Source: Mobula hypostoma (lineage: Eukaryota). From it: DNA of 64,000 nt. The notes beneath the pieces are model-generated. The model had not been told where the DNA came from and searched no databases. It saw only the letters and a list, made by a program, of their open reading frames with translations. The position numbers and the translations under genes are program-made. Position 1 is the first letter of the stretch, and each line of letters begins with the position of its first letter. The stretch lies in the NCBI RefSeq assembly GCF_963921235.1, contig NC_086108.1:56918001-56982000 (forward strand). Reading direction: 5' to 3'. This document shows positions 24,775 through 36,845 of the stretch, piece after piece.

Positions 24775-27700
24775 GTCCTCTTGTAGCTGAGGTTCTTAAG
24801 GCACATTGGCAATGAAATGCTCTGGGCAGAGATGAAGAAACTTTTAGAATTATGTTTCTGGCAATTGACGATAATGAGGATGAAGGAGTAGTTTCCCCTC
24901 TCAGTGAGTTGGGCAACCACTTCCAGTTTGCACCCGGAGGCTAAGGATAGTTCACGTCATACTCAACATCAAGAAGGGAGGGTTAAGGCAAGGCAGTCTT
25001 TGCAAACCTCAAAGCCAAGGCAGAGACAATGAAAGAGAGAAACTGATGGGATACTGCAGATGTTCTAGAAATAAAGGAGGGGGATAGAAGAGTTGAATTT
25101 AGAGGAGGCATCAGAAGAGGCACAGCATTTGGGAAGGGAAGGGAGAGCAGCCAGATGTCTTGGTATATATTGGTACCAATGACATAGGAAGGAAGAGCAA
25201 AGAGGTCCCAAAGAGAGAATTTAGAGAGCCAGGCAGAAAGCTGAGGAGCAGGACCTCCAAGGTAGAAATTCCTGGATTGCTACTTGTGTCACCTACCAGT
25301 TAGGGTAGAAACAGGATGATTTGGCAGATAAATGCGTGGCTGAGAAGCTGATGTTGGGGGCAGGGCTTTAGGTTCCTGGATGGATCATTGGGCTATCTTC
25401 TAGGGATGGGTTGCTTCTGAACCTGAGGAGAACCAATCTTCTCACGAGCAGGTTTGTTAGAGTTGTTGGGGAGGGTTAAAGCTAATTTGGTAGGGGAATG
25501 GGAACTGAAGTGAAGGGATTCAGGGTAGGACGGATGGTAAAAAAGCAAAGATAGTGTGCAGTCAGACTGTCAGGAAGGGCAGGTATATGACAGGACAGAA
25601 TTGCAGCCAGCAGGGTGAGTATCAGTGCATTAGGTTTGCAGAATCAAAAAGGGTAGCAAATACAGTACTGGAAGTGTTATATCTCAATGCATGGTGTAAG
25701 AAATAAGGTGGATGATCTTGTAGCACTTTAACAGATTGTCAGGTATGATGTTGTGGCCATCACTGAATCATGGATGAAGGATGGTTGTAGTTGGGAGCTG
25801 AATGTCCAAGGTTGCACATTGTATCAGAGGGGTAGGAAGGTACGTGGAGGCTGTGGCGTGGCTCTGCTGCTAAAGAATGGCATCAAATCATTACAAAGAT
25901 GTGACAAAGGATCGGAAAATGTTGAATCCTTGTGGGTTGAGTTAAGAAACTGCAAAGGTAAAAGGCCCCTGATAGTAGTTATATACAGGCCTCCAAATAC
26001 GTTTGTAGTAGCTGGGATGTGGACTGCAGATTACAGTGGGAAATAGAAAAGGTGTGTCAAAAGGGCAATGTTATCATAGTCATAGGAGATTTAACAGAGG
26101 TAGATTTGGAAAATCAGGTTGGTAACGGATCCCAAGAGGGTGAATTTGTTGAATGCCTGCAAGATGACTTTTTAGAGCAGTTTATTGTAGAGCTTACAGG
26201 GGGATCAGCTAGAGTGGATTGAGTGCTACGTAATGAACTGGAGTTGATTAGGGAGTTTAAGGTAAAGGAACCCTTAGGAGACAGTGATCACAGTATTATT
26301 GAGTTCAACTTGAAATTTGATAGGGAGAAAGTAAATTCTGACATAGCAGTATTTTAGTGGAGTAAAGGAAATTATAGTGGTATGAGAGAGGGGCTGGTCA
26401 AAGTAACTTGGAAGGAGTTGCTGGCAGGGATGACAGCAGAGCAGCAATGGCTTGAGTTTCTGGGAAATATGAGGAAGGTGCAGGATAGATGTACATGTAT
26501 TCCAAAAACAAAAAAATTAACTCAGATGGCAAAATATTACAACCTTGGCTGACAAGGGAAGTCAAAGCTAATGTAAAAGCAAAAGAGAGAGCATACAGCA
26601 AAGCAAAAGAAGAAGATAGAGAATTGGGAAGCTTTTAAACCCTACAGAGAGTAACTAAATTAATCATTAGGAGGGAAAAGATGAAAAATGAAAGCAAGCT
26701 AGCAAACAATATCAAGGTGGATAGAAAAAGCTTTTTACAAGTATATAAAAAATAAAAGAGAGATGAGAATGGAAATAGGACCACTAGAAATTGAGGCTGG
26801 AGAAATAATAACAGGGGACAAGGAGACAGCAGGTGAACTAAGTGAGTATTTTGCATCAGTCTTCCCTGTGGAGGACACTAGCAGTGTGCCAGTTGTTGAA
26901 GGATGTGAATGAACAGAAGTGAGTGCAGTTAGTATTACAAGGGAGGAGGTGCACAAAAAGCTGAAAGTCCTAAAGGTACATAAGAAGTTGTCCTGTCCAA
27001 GACCGGAAGAAGCTGCAGAAGATCGTGAACACGGCGCAGCACATCACACAAACCAATCTTCCGTCTGTGGACTCACTTTACACCGCACACTGTCGGAGCA
27101 GTGCTGCCAGGATAATCAAGGACATAACCCACCCAGCCAACACACTTTTCGTCCCTCTTCCCTCCGGGAGAAGGTTCAGGAGCTTGAAGACTCGTACGGC
27201 CAGATTTGGGAACAGCTTCTTTCCAACTGTGGTAAGACTGCTGAACAGATCCGGACCCAGATCTCGGCCATACCCTCCAAATATCCGGACCTGCCTCTCC
27301 ATTTTTTTTGCACTACCTTACTTCCCATTTGTTCTATTTTCTATTTATGATTTATAATTTAAATTTTTAATATTTACTAATTTTAACTTTTTAATATTTA
27401 ATATTTGTAATCCAGGGAGTGGGAAGCGCAGAATCAATTATCGCTGTGATGATTGTACGTTCTAGTACCAATTGTTTGGCGACAATAAAGTATAAAGAAT
27501 GTCACCTGGACAAGATGAACTGCACCCTAGGGTTCTGAAAGAGGTAGTGGTAGAAATTGCGAGGGCATGAGCTATGATCTTTCGAGAATCATTGGACTCT
27601 GACATGGTTTCAGAGGACTGGCAAGTTGCAAATGTCACTCCACTCTTTAAGAAAGGAGGGAATCTGCAGAAAAGAAACTGTAGACCAGTTAGCCTGACCT

Positions 27701-29044
27701 CAGTGGTTGGGAAGAAGTTGGAGTCAATTGTTAAGAATGAGTTTATGGAGTACTTGGTGACACAGGACAAGGTAGGACAAAGTCAGCTTGGTTTCCTTAA
27801 AGGAAAATCTTGCCTGACAAATCTGTTGGAATTCTTTGAGGAGATTATAAGTAGGATAGATAATGGGGATGTCGTTGATGTTGTATATTTAGATTTTTAG
27901 AAGGCGTTAGACAAGTTGCCACACATGAGGCTACTTACCAAATTAAGAGTCCATGGCATTACAGGAAAGTTACTAGTGTGGTTAGAGCATTGGTTGATTG
28001 GTAGGACGCAGTGAGTGGGGAAAAAAAAGGATCCTTTTCTGGTTGGCTACCAGTGGCTAGTGGTGTTCTGCAGGGGTTGGTGTTGGGACTGCTTTTTATG
28101 CTGTATATCAAGGATCTACATGATGGAATAGATGGCCAACTTGTTGCCAAGTTTACAGATGATATGAAGATTGGTGGAGGGGCAGGTAGTGTTGAGGAAA
28201 CAGGAAGGCTGCAGAAGGACTTAAACAGATTAGGAGAATGGGTGAGAAAGTGGCAAATGAAATACAGTGTTGGAAAATGCATGGTCATGCTCTTTGGTAG
28301 AAGAAATAAATGTGTAGACTATTTACTAAACGTGAGAAAATCCAAAAACCTAGGATGCAAAGCGACTTGGGAGTCCTTGTGCAGAACACCCTAAAAGTTA
28401 ACCTGCAGGTTGAGTCAGTGGTGAGGAAGGCAAATGCCATGTTAGCATTCATTTCAAGAGGTCTGGAATATAAGAGCAGCGATGAGATGCTGAGGCTTTA
28501 TAAGGCACTGGTGAGGCCTCACCTTGAGTATTGTGAACAGTTTTGGGCTCCTTATCTAAGAAAAGATGTGCTGGCATTGGAGAGGGTTCAGAGGAGGTTC
28601 ACAAGGATGATTCTGGGAATGAAAGGGTTATCATGCAAGGAACATGTGACAGCTCTGAGTCTGTACTCACTGGAATTTAGAAGGATGTGGGAGGGGGGAG
28701 AAATCTCATTGAAACTTTTTGAATGTTGAAAGGCCTAGACAAAGTAAATAGGAATGTTTCCCAGGGCGGGGGGGTGTCTATTTAAAACATGCAGAGAGAT
28801 TTTTTAGCCAGTAGGTGGACGATTTGTGGAGTTTGTTACCACAGGCAGCTGTGGAGGCCAGGTCGTTGGGTGTATTTAAAGCGGAGATTGATAGGTTCTT
28901 GAATGGCCACTGCATCAAAGGTTGTGGGCAGAGGGCCAGGGAGTGGGGCTGTGGAGGGAAAAAGGGATCAGTCACGATTAATTGGCGGAGCAGACTCAAT
29001 GGGCCAAATAGCCTTATGTCCAAATATCCTATGTCTTAAGGTCT
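24775..29044 (+). mobile_element. CR1 LINE (ORF1 SGNH esterase part and ORF2), decayed, inserted at the end of ERV integrase
   Basis: PDVLVYIGTNDIGRK (ORF1); AITESWMKDG, RPVSLTSVVGK, KFTDDMK and LYKALVRPHLEYC (ORF2); possible AAT duplication at both ends. 5' boundary approximate. Confidence 0.88.
26985..27497 (+). mobile_element. Young Rex1-type LINE 3' fragment nested in CR1
   Basis: NTAQHITQTNLPSVDSLY...LPSGRRFRSLKTRTARFGNSFFP; nearly identical to 36236-36845. Confidence 0.85.
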
Positions 29045-29089
29045 AATTAGTTAAGTACAGAAACTGCCCTTGATGTTTAGTGTTCGGAA

Positions 29090-31760
29090 ATGATTCGTAT
29101 TGGAATACTACCGATTGGTGGCCTCATAATGGTTGCAGGCTGTACTGAAGGATATATGTTCTACAATGGAGTGTATTATTGGCTACTTGTACATTCATCT
29201 GAACAGATGTTAGGTATGAAGATTAGGTTGGCAACAGACAGAATATTCACAACATTCATGGAGAGGTCTATTTGGATTATTTCAGATACCATGGTAATAG
29301 TAGTCTGTGTGGGTGAGGAAGGCGAAAAGGAAGTATGAATTTATGAAGAACTAAGAAGAGATTTTGTAAGGAAAAGGAGACCAATGTTTATTGGTCATTC
29401 TGTTTGAGTAACGGTAATATGGGGAAAAGATGGAACTACTAGGATAACAGTGGGAAGTCATGTTTTTTGGGCCCTGCTTCAGAAAAAAAGGGGTAATAAC
29501 TCAGCACTACTTCTTTGTGAATGTAATGGTACTGTTGACATGGACACAAATCAGAAACGAGATTATCGGTTAGCATGTTTCCCAGGCAACTCAATCCCTG
29601 TCACTCTGGAGCCCCAAAATCTTCCGTAAACACCTCACCCCATGTTGGAGCTGTCAACTGTTACTATTCTTATGTGATGAGGCTCAGACAGGTACAAAGG
29701 GAGTAGGACTTGTATTAGAAGAAACGGAAGAATGAATTATTCTAGTACCGGGATGTAGACAAGTGTAAGTGTTGTTTAACTTGACATCACTCCAAATCCC
29801 TAGCTGGTGTGACATAAGCCTCCAGCAGCTTTTCTGACATTTATTAATTGAACAGTTTACCCATTCTGAATTTAAAACATGAGAGAGGTGAAGAAGAGGG
29901 CTTATTAAACTTACAGGAGTGGGATACACAGCTGGAGTTTCCATGGTAAGTACACCAGATATTGCAGAGTTAAACTCTCAGTTCGATTCTCTAAGGCAAA
30001 AGATGAAAGAAATTGTAAATTGAGATTTTCAGGATATGGGAGGAGTTAGCACTTTGGGAAAGGAACAAGTGAATGTATTTTCGGAAATGCTCCATATCTT
30101 ACAACCCTTGGGAAATGTGACAAATCAAATTATTGACAGAGTTAATAATGAAACCACTGCACTAAGGATGCTGTGTGCATAACCCGTATCTCTTGGCTAC
30201 TTTCTGTAATTGGAATTAACATGGTACAATTAGTGAACCACAGGGTTACTGATTGGATTTCAGATGAACAGCTAAAGGAATAGATTGTTACTAACACCCC
30301 AGGGTGACACATTAGGAAGTTCACCTTGACTAATCACCTCCTTGGAAATTGTAGGATTGGGTTTGGAGCACTAAATGTTGGAGATGTTCTTCATATTCCT
30401 TACTATAGTGATGACTGAACATACCAGCTATACAAGGTTCATAATGTTGGGAAATATTAAGAAGCAGTTTGTATTTCACTTACTTAATCCACCTACTTAT
30501 GCCATTAAATAGCAAGGATGTTCAAAGGGAGCATATTTGGCTTTCTGTCATCACAAAGTAGAATACTGGGTTTGTCCAGAGGATTTAATAAAGAATGGGT
30601 TAACAGATTATGTTTTTTTTCTTACGATAACTGTTCTCCATCTATTTTGCCTGTCAATAACAGGACATTCTTGAAATATGATTTGGTGAATGATACTTAT
30701 TACATTGCTACTTCAAGCACACTTTACAAGAAGAGATCTTTAATTTGCAGTTTAATTAACTCTAATGATGCAGTTTCTAATTTTTTGAGGGGCTTACTTT
30801 TAGCTTGGCAAGTATTATCCCATCCAGTTGTAAAACCACCTATTCAACTGAATGTAATGGGCTCCTTAAGGTTGTTATAGTCAGGGGTGGTAAAGGGGAC
30901 AAGCTCCCACTACCTGTTAAATGCTCCCAATGGCGTGCACGTCAAATAGCTTCTGACAACCAAGTCCAGCTCCTGGCCTTCTCGTGTAGCTTAATTTCTA
31001 AGCCCAATGGAATCATTTCTGCTGATAGAAGGGGCAAAGGCGGGTTACTGGCACCTTAAAACCAGTTGCTTTGGGCAGATGGGGCTCGTCAGCCATCTAG
31101 GAGAAGGAAAAAACTGATCTCAAACCTCCACTACCTTGTGGCTGTACCCACTCGTGGGGAAGGCTTCAGGAGTAAGCCCCGAGGGGAAAAATCCAGAGCT
31201 GGAGTTTCAAAGGCAAACCTACATTGAATTCAATGCTGACTGGCAACTCCTGCGACACTGCTGGTACCAAACTGTAACGTTCCTTTTGGTTCATCAGGTG
31301 CATGGAGAGGGAGCTTGCTACATGGGCAACAGCCTGCTCTCCATATTGTACTGTCCAGGCTTGTATATCTAGACTGCCAGGACACAACATCCATAGTCAA
31401 CTCGGACTGAGGTAGGCCTCTGATATATCAATGATACTGTTAAGGGCTCACTTAGATATGTACCTACTGCTCTTCCACCCGTCCCTTATTTTAGTTATTA
31501 ACCAAAATTAAGCTATTAGACAATGAGTTGAATTATCCAAGGCTGTTAGAGATCATGTGGATTTAGCTGATGATGTTTTGCAGAATCCACCCTTTTGGAG
31601 TAAAGTTTGGAACCGAGGTCTGAATGTTAATGTACATCCTTGGATTCATGTTATTTCACTTTATTTTTGTTCTGCTCTTTGTTCTAATGATTATCCAGTG
31701 TATTTTTCCGTGGCTTTCGATGGCTACTTAAACACCTGGAGTATTTATGTGCTAAAGTAC
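29090..31760 (+). pseudogene. env: env remnant: signal peptide, beta-rich domain, and class I fusion (F-like) glycoprotein
   Basis: MIRIGILPIGGLIMVAG leader; (R)ER(R)RR|GLIKLTGVGYTAGVSMVSTPDIAELNSQFDSLRQKMKEIVN at 29880-30020; Cys-rich LAFCHHKVEYWVCP; WSKVWNRGLNVNVHPWIHVIS followed by FIFVLLFVLMIIQCIF near 31600-31710. Confidence 0.8.
30871..31436. mobile_element. Non-autonomous retroelement-like insertion interrupting env
   Basis: Composition shift, with env-like sequence resuming after it. Possible diverged TSD (tgtaatgggctccttaag / tgttaagggctcacttag). Confidence 0.55.
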
Positions 31761-32091
31761 CATTCCAAATCTCTTCATAGTAAGTTTTGTCTGACTTTAT
31801 ACCATCATGTTGTCTTTGAGTATTTTGTACCTTGACCTCATTATATTTTAATTGTTATTATATGCCTTGATAAATGGTTCAAAATTAGGTATATTTTATC
31901 ATGTTTCTTTTATATGCTTTTGCACTGATAATATTTTTAAACGTGCCACTGTTTTGATATTACTTTTTATCTATGTTTTATAGTCTATGACATTTTGTTG
32001 GTATCTTTATCAGTATTATTTGATGTAGTCATAAATGCTGGTGTTCCTTTCGTACTATATTCGCTCAGACATATATACAGTAGTGTGATCC

Positions 32092-32110
32092 AAAGGGGGT
32101 GGGGGGGGAA
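32092..32110 (+). promoter_or_regulatory. Polypurine tract
   Basis: aaagggggtggggggggaa lies 1 nt upstream of the 3' LTR. Confidence 0.85.
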
Positions 32111-32111
32111 C

Positions 32112-32850
32112 TGTTGGCCATAAAGGAATTAAACTATAAAAGAAAACATCAAACTTGAATAGGTCAAAGACAATGGAAGTGGATAAACCAGACATTTTTA
32201 TTCTTGCCATGTGCTTGAAGAAATGGAGGCTGCCATTTTGCGAAGCTGCTCTGTAACTTCCATTTTGTGAACTAATTCTTGCTCTGGGATAACTTAATCA
32301 GAGCAATTGAACGTGGACACAAGGAGTTTCTGCTGATGATCTGCTAAACCTCAAACCCTTCTCAGATGAACTGTTTATTGTGTACGATGGCATGATTGCA
32401 AAAGTCACCTAAGGCATGAAGTTGTGTAGCCCTTGGCAACATCCAATGGGAATCTGACACAGGTCATTCACATGACCTCAAGCCAATGAGATTGAAACAC
32501 AGCATTTAAACTGATAAGGAGAGTGTATAAGAATGATGGGCTTCAAATGCAAAGGGACAAGAACTCCAGAGACTAACTATCATAAGGAAGAACCCCATGC
32601 CAGGAACAGGGAGAAAGACAATCGATTGTTTGGCCAATGGGAGATCCTCTATTTCGGTGTTATAAATTGGAGAAGTTGTCTAAGTGAGTATTGATAGAGA
32701 GGGAACAGTAGAATTCATGTTTTATGTTGTTGTCCTGGGGTCAACAAAGCTACATTGTCACTTGTGAAGTGACAATACAGTGCAAACTTCGATTAATTAA
32801 GAGTTGAGTCATGAAATGCTTAACCTAGATCAGTTGATGAATAGTCAACA
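32112..32850 (+). repeat. 3' LTR (739 bp)
   Basis: Direct repeat of the 5' LTR lacking about 75 bp; followed by the CACC TSD. Confidence 0.95.
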
Positions 32851-32999
32851 CACCAGAGACCGAGTTTTGCTGCAAGGACAGGCACATCCCACTAATGCCT
32901 ACTCAGACTCTAAATATGTAGAGCTACCCTCTGATCACACAGAGACAATTATACCATTACACAGAGACTTTCACACTTGTACCCGTCCCTTCCTCCTCC

Positions 33000-33480
33000 C
33001 ATGCTGTCATTTTAACTTTCTCCTGTACAGAGTTCAATTCCCCCACTACTTTCTCCTTCCCCTCCCTACTGTCCCACTCTGCTCGCTGCCCTCTCTTCAT
33101 CCGTTTCAAGTTTGCTCTCATGTCCACCACTCCCCACTCTTGTGTTCCCATTCCACCTGTTCCATCTCCCTTTCTCCATCCTACTCTTCGTTCCCCACTC
33201 TTCCCTCTCAGCCCCACTCCCTACTCTCCCACTCCCTTGCTCACTCCGTCTGTCCCACTACTCCCCCTCTCCCACTCCCTCTCCCCACCTGCCCTCACCC
33301 TCTATCTCCTCCCAATTCACTGCTACTTTCTGTCCCATCTTGATACCCTGGTGACCCTGTCCCACTCCCCACTTCTCTCACTCTCCACTTTTCCTCTCTG
33401 TCCCACTTACTCTGACTATGGTCCCCCTTTTTCCCTTCCCCAATCTGTCTCTCCCTCTGCTCTCTCCCATGGTGAGCTTC
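33000..33480. repeat. Pyrimidine-rich low-complexity tract
   Basis: Imperfect ccactccc/ctct repeats. Confidence 0.7.
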
Positions 33481-34639
33481 TGTCACTTAACCATCAGTCA
33501 GACGCCTGCATTTGTCCAGAAGTTGTCCAGTCACCTTTCCTCTACTCTTTGATTGCAATAGGGAAAGGAATTCCATAGTCATTCTACATAGCACCTTACT
33601 GTCCTTTCATCAAGTGCTGCTCCACACTCAGACATAACCACAGCAGAAGACCAGACATGGGACCATTTCTCAGTGAGAGCCTTGACAGGGAGTTTTGGCA
33701 GGGCTTTCAGAGCAGGAAAGTTACATTGGAGCTTGTTCCCATACACAAGCACTTTTCATGTGCATGCATGTTCTAGTGCTGAGGAGAAGCAATCCTCTTC
33801 CTCACCCACAATACCCCCGCCCCCAACCTGAAGCCAATAACAACCGCAGGGCTTTGGCCAACATCATCTAGTTCAACACTGACATAACCTTTTGGCTCAA
33901 GGAGAAGTCACACTGGTAAAGGCTGTTTTAAAAGCGAGACAAATGATTGCAGTTTTGTGGCTTAGGGAGACCTCTTGTGTTGAGTAAAAGAGAGAATGAC
34001 ACAAAGTAAACGAGAATACAGGCTCTGGGTTACGTAGGAGTTCCATTCATGAGATCTGTTCATCAGATGATTTCTCCATAAATCAGAAACCCATATTGTA
34101 TTACTCTACATTCGCTTGCTCTAATTCTTTTGCCTCATTCAATAGTCATTCTAACACCGCCCATAATTAAACAGGTGAAAATATTCTGTATCCAATCATT
34201 AATGAAGATCATCTAAATTGTTATGACTATTAGTAGCTTGGAAAATGTGTTAAAAGTATATGTAAGATTTCCATGAGTCAAGGCAATCATTGCCAGGGGA
34301 GCTCTTGTATAAATAACTTGGAATTGGTTTATTATTGTTACATGTATTGGGATACATGGAAAAGCTTGTTTTGCATGCTGTTCATACAGATCAAATCACA
34401 ACAGGGCATTGAGGTAGAACAAGGTAAAACAATAATAATGCAGAACAGTCTAACAGTTACAGAGAAAGCATAGTGCCTGTAGCAATAAAATTCAAGATCA
34501 TATTGAGATAGATTGCAAGGTCATTTCCATTACAGCAGCATGGACTTTCCAAAGGGTCAATGTTTGTGACAAATATTACTTGCTCAATTTGACGTTGTAA
34601 ACAAGAGCCAGTAATCAGCTCCTTAATAAACCTCTGACT

Positions 34640-35570
34640 TTCCCAGCTATCTTGACCACACCTCTTCCCACCCACCACTTGCAAAAATGCTATTTGTTTT
34701 TCTCAATTCTTCCATCTCTACTGTTCTCATGATGAGTTTTTTCCATTCTGGAACATCTGAGATGTCCTCAAACTTACAGAATAGGGTTTTCATTTCACCA
34801 CCATCAATGCTGCCCTCACCCACATCTCCTTCAGATCCCACACATCTGCCATCCACCATAAAAGGAATAGGGTTTCTCTTGTCCTTACCTATCACTCCAC
34901 AAGCACATAATTTCCCGCAACTTCTGCTACCTCCAACGGGATACTACCACTACACTCACCTCACCTCCCCCCCCTGCCCCCATCCCACTCTCTACTTTCT
35001 GCAGGGATCACTCTCTATGTGACTCCCTTGTCCACTTGATCGTCTGCATTGATCTACATCCTGAAACTTGTCACTGCAAGCAGGACAAGTCTTACACCTA
35101 CCCCACCATGATCAGGGCTCCAAACAGTTCTACCAGGTGAGGTGACACTTCATCTGCCAGAAGGTTGGGGTCATCTACTGTGATCCCACTGTGATGACCC
35201 AACATAGATTGGGGGGCCACTTTGTTGATCACCTTCACTCCATCCTCCACAAAAGGCGGGATTTCCTGGTGGCCACCCATTTTAATTCGACTTCCCATTC
35301 CCATTTTGACATGGTGGCCCACGGCCTCCTCTAGTGCCACAATGAGGCCACACTCAGGTTTAGGAGGAATACATCATATTCCACCTGGGTAGCTTCCAAC
35401 CTGACGGCATGAACATTGATCTCTCTAACTTCTGATACCTTCGCTCCTTCCTTAGCCTGAAATGTTGACTGTTCATTCCTCTACATAAATACTGCCTGAC
35501 CTGTTGAGTTCCTCCAGTACTTTGTGTGTGCAACTCAAAATATCCTGCATGCAGAATCTCTTGTGTTTAA
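34640..35570 (+). mobile_element. Older Penelope-like fragment
   Basis: Colinear with 8500-9300 (ccaccatcaatgctgccctc, ccacccattttaattc, gccacactcagg) plus terminal repeat. Confidence 0.75.
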
Positions 35571-35852
35571 GTACCTGTATCAACCCCAGGCATTCCAATC
35601 GAGTATAAAGTGGAACCCTGCATAGTTTGACTCTAGGTTGGTAATTGTGATATCTGGTTATTTCGTGACCTAGTTCCTGAGGGAAATCTGACCTCTTTGG
35701 TGATGTCCAGCTCAGGAACATTTAGGAAATGGATGTTATGGCAACTCCAGTGATAGCAAACAAATAAAAATATGGTAGATCTGATTCAGGATTCACAAAT
35801 ACCAAATAACTGTCAGAGAGATTTCTTCAAAGAACTGGGGAAATTAACTTAC

Positions 35853-35960
35853 TTGGAGAAGGAACTGGGGATATTTTTTGACGAATTTTTTCTAGAAAAT
35901 CAAAGCCTTTAATGTTGATTGGGCAGCTTAAGTGGACAGGCAGAACAGCAATATGGCATT
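35853..35960 (-). other. Candidate 108-nt exon of an unidentified transcript
   Basis: Acceptor ttgtatatccttatAG and donor GTAAGT. Only one frame is open (ECHIAVLPVHLSCPINIKGFDFLEKIRQKISPVPSP). No homolog recognised. Confidence 0.25.
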
Positions 35961-36235
35961 CTATAAGGATATACAAATTGTCATCAATGCAATAAAAAGG
36001 GAAATGACAAATCCTCACCATGAACAGTGAAAAGCATCACGGTAGATTATGTTCAGAAACACAATAACATGAGGAATACTTCAACAAACAGGCATGTTTT
36101 CCATACCAAAATAAATTAATATGAGATAATTGATAATTGTGATAGGAAATGCAATGAGAAGTCATGCTAAAAGGTTGTGCTCAGGAGAATAGAATAGGGT
36201 TGAGCAGAATGCAATCAATGTCCTGGGAAAGTGCT

Positions 36236-36845
36236 AAAGACTAAGGAAATTTGGCCTGTCCCCTAAAACCCTCACTAATTTTTATAGATGCACAGTAGAA
36301 AGCATTTTTGCAGGGTGCATCACAACCTGATATGGAAGTTGTCCTGTCCGAGACCAAAAGAAGCTGCAGAAGATCGTGAACACGGCGCAGCACATCACAC
36401 AAACCAATCTTCCGTCCGTGGACTCACTTTACACCGCACACTGTCGGAGCAGTGCTGCCAGGATAATCAAGGACATAACTCACCCAGCCAACACACTTTT
36501 CGTCCCTCTTCCCTCCGGGAGAAGGTTCAGGAGCTTGAAGACTCGTACGGCCAGATTTGGGAACAGCTTCTTTCCAACTGTGATAAGACTGCTGAACGGA
36601 TCCGGACCCAGATCTTGCCATACCCTCCAAATATCCGGACCTGCCTCTCTGTTTTTTTTGCACTACCTTACTACCCATTTGTTCTATTTTCTATTTATGA
36701 TTTATAATTTAAATTTTTAATATTTACTAATTTTAACTATTTTTAATATTTGTAATCCAGGGAGTGGAAGCGCAGAATCAAATATCACTGTGATGATTGT
36801 ACGTTCTAGTACCAATTGTTTGGCGACAATAAAGTATGAAGTATA
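36236..36845 (+). mobile_element. Young Rex1-type LINE 3' fragment
   Basis: Same subfamily as 26985-27497; tail aataaagtatgaagtata. Confidence 0.85.

Larger units (their letters stand above)
19166..32850 (+). mobile_element. Endogenous LTR retrovirus (lokiretrovirus-like, gag-pol-env), defective provirus
   Basis: Paired LTRs TGTTG...CAACA, TSD CACC (19162-19165 and 32851-32854), PBS, PPT, and gag/pol/env remnants in order. The provirus itself is secure; the family assignment is inference. Confidence 0.9.

Noticed and set aside
19166..32850. Endogenous foamy virus or gamma/epsilon ERV call
   Set aside because: The CCHC knuckle and F-like env without an ISD or CX6CC do not fit, although YVDD and a 4-bp TSD alone would.
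32804..33578. Long Pro/Leu/Ser-rich ORFs
   Set aside because: By-products of the pyrimidine-rich low-complexity tract.
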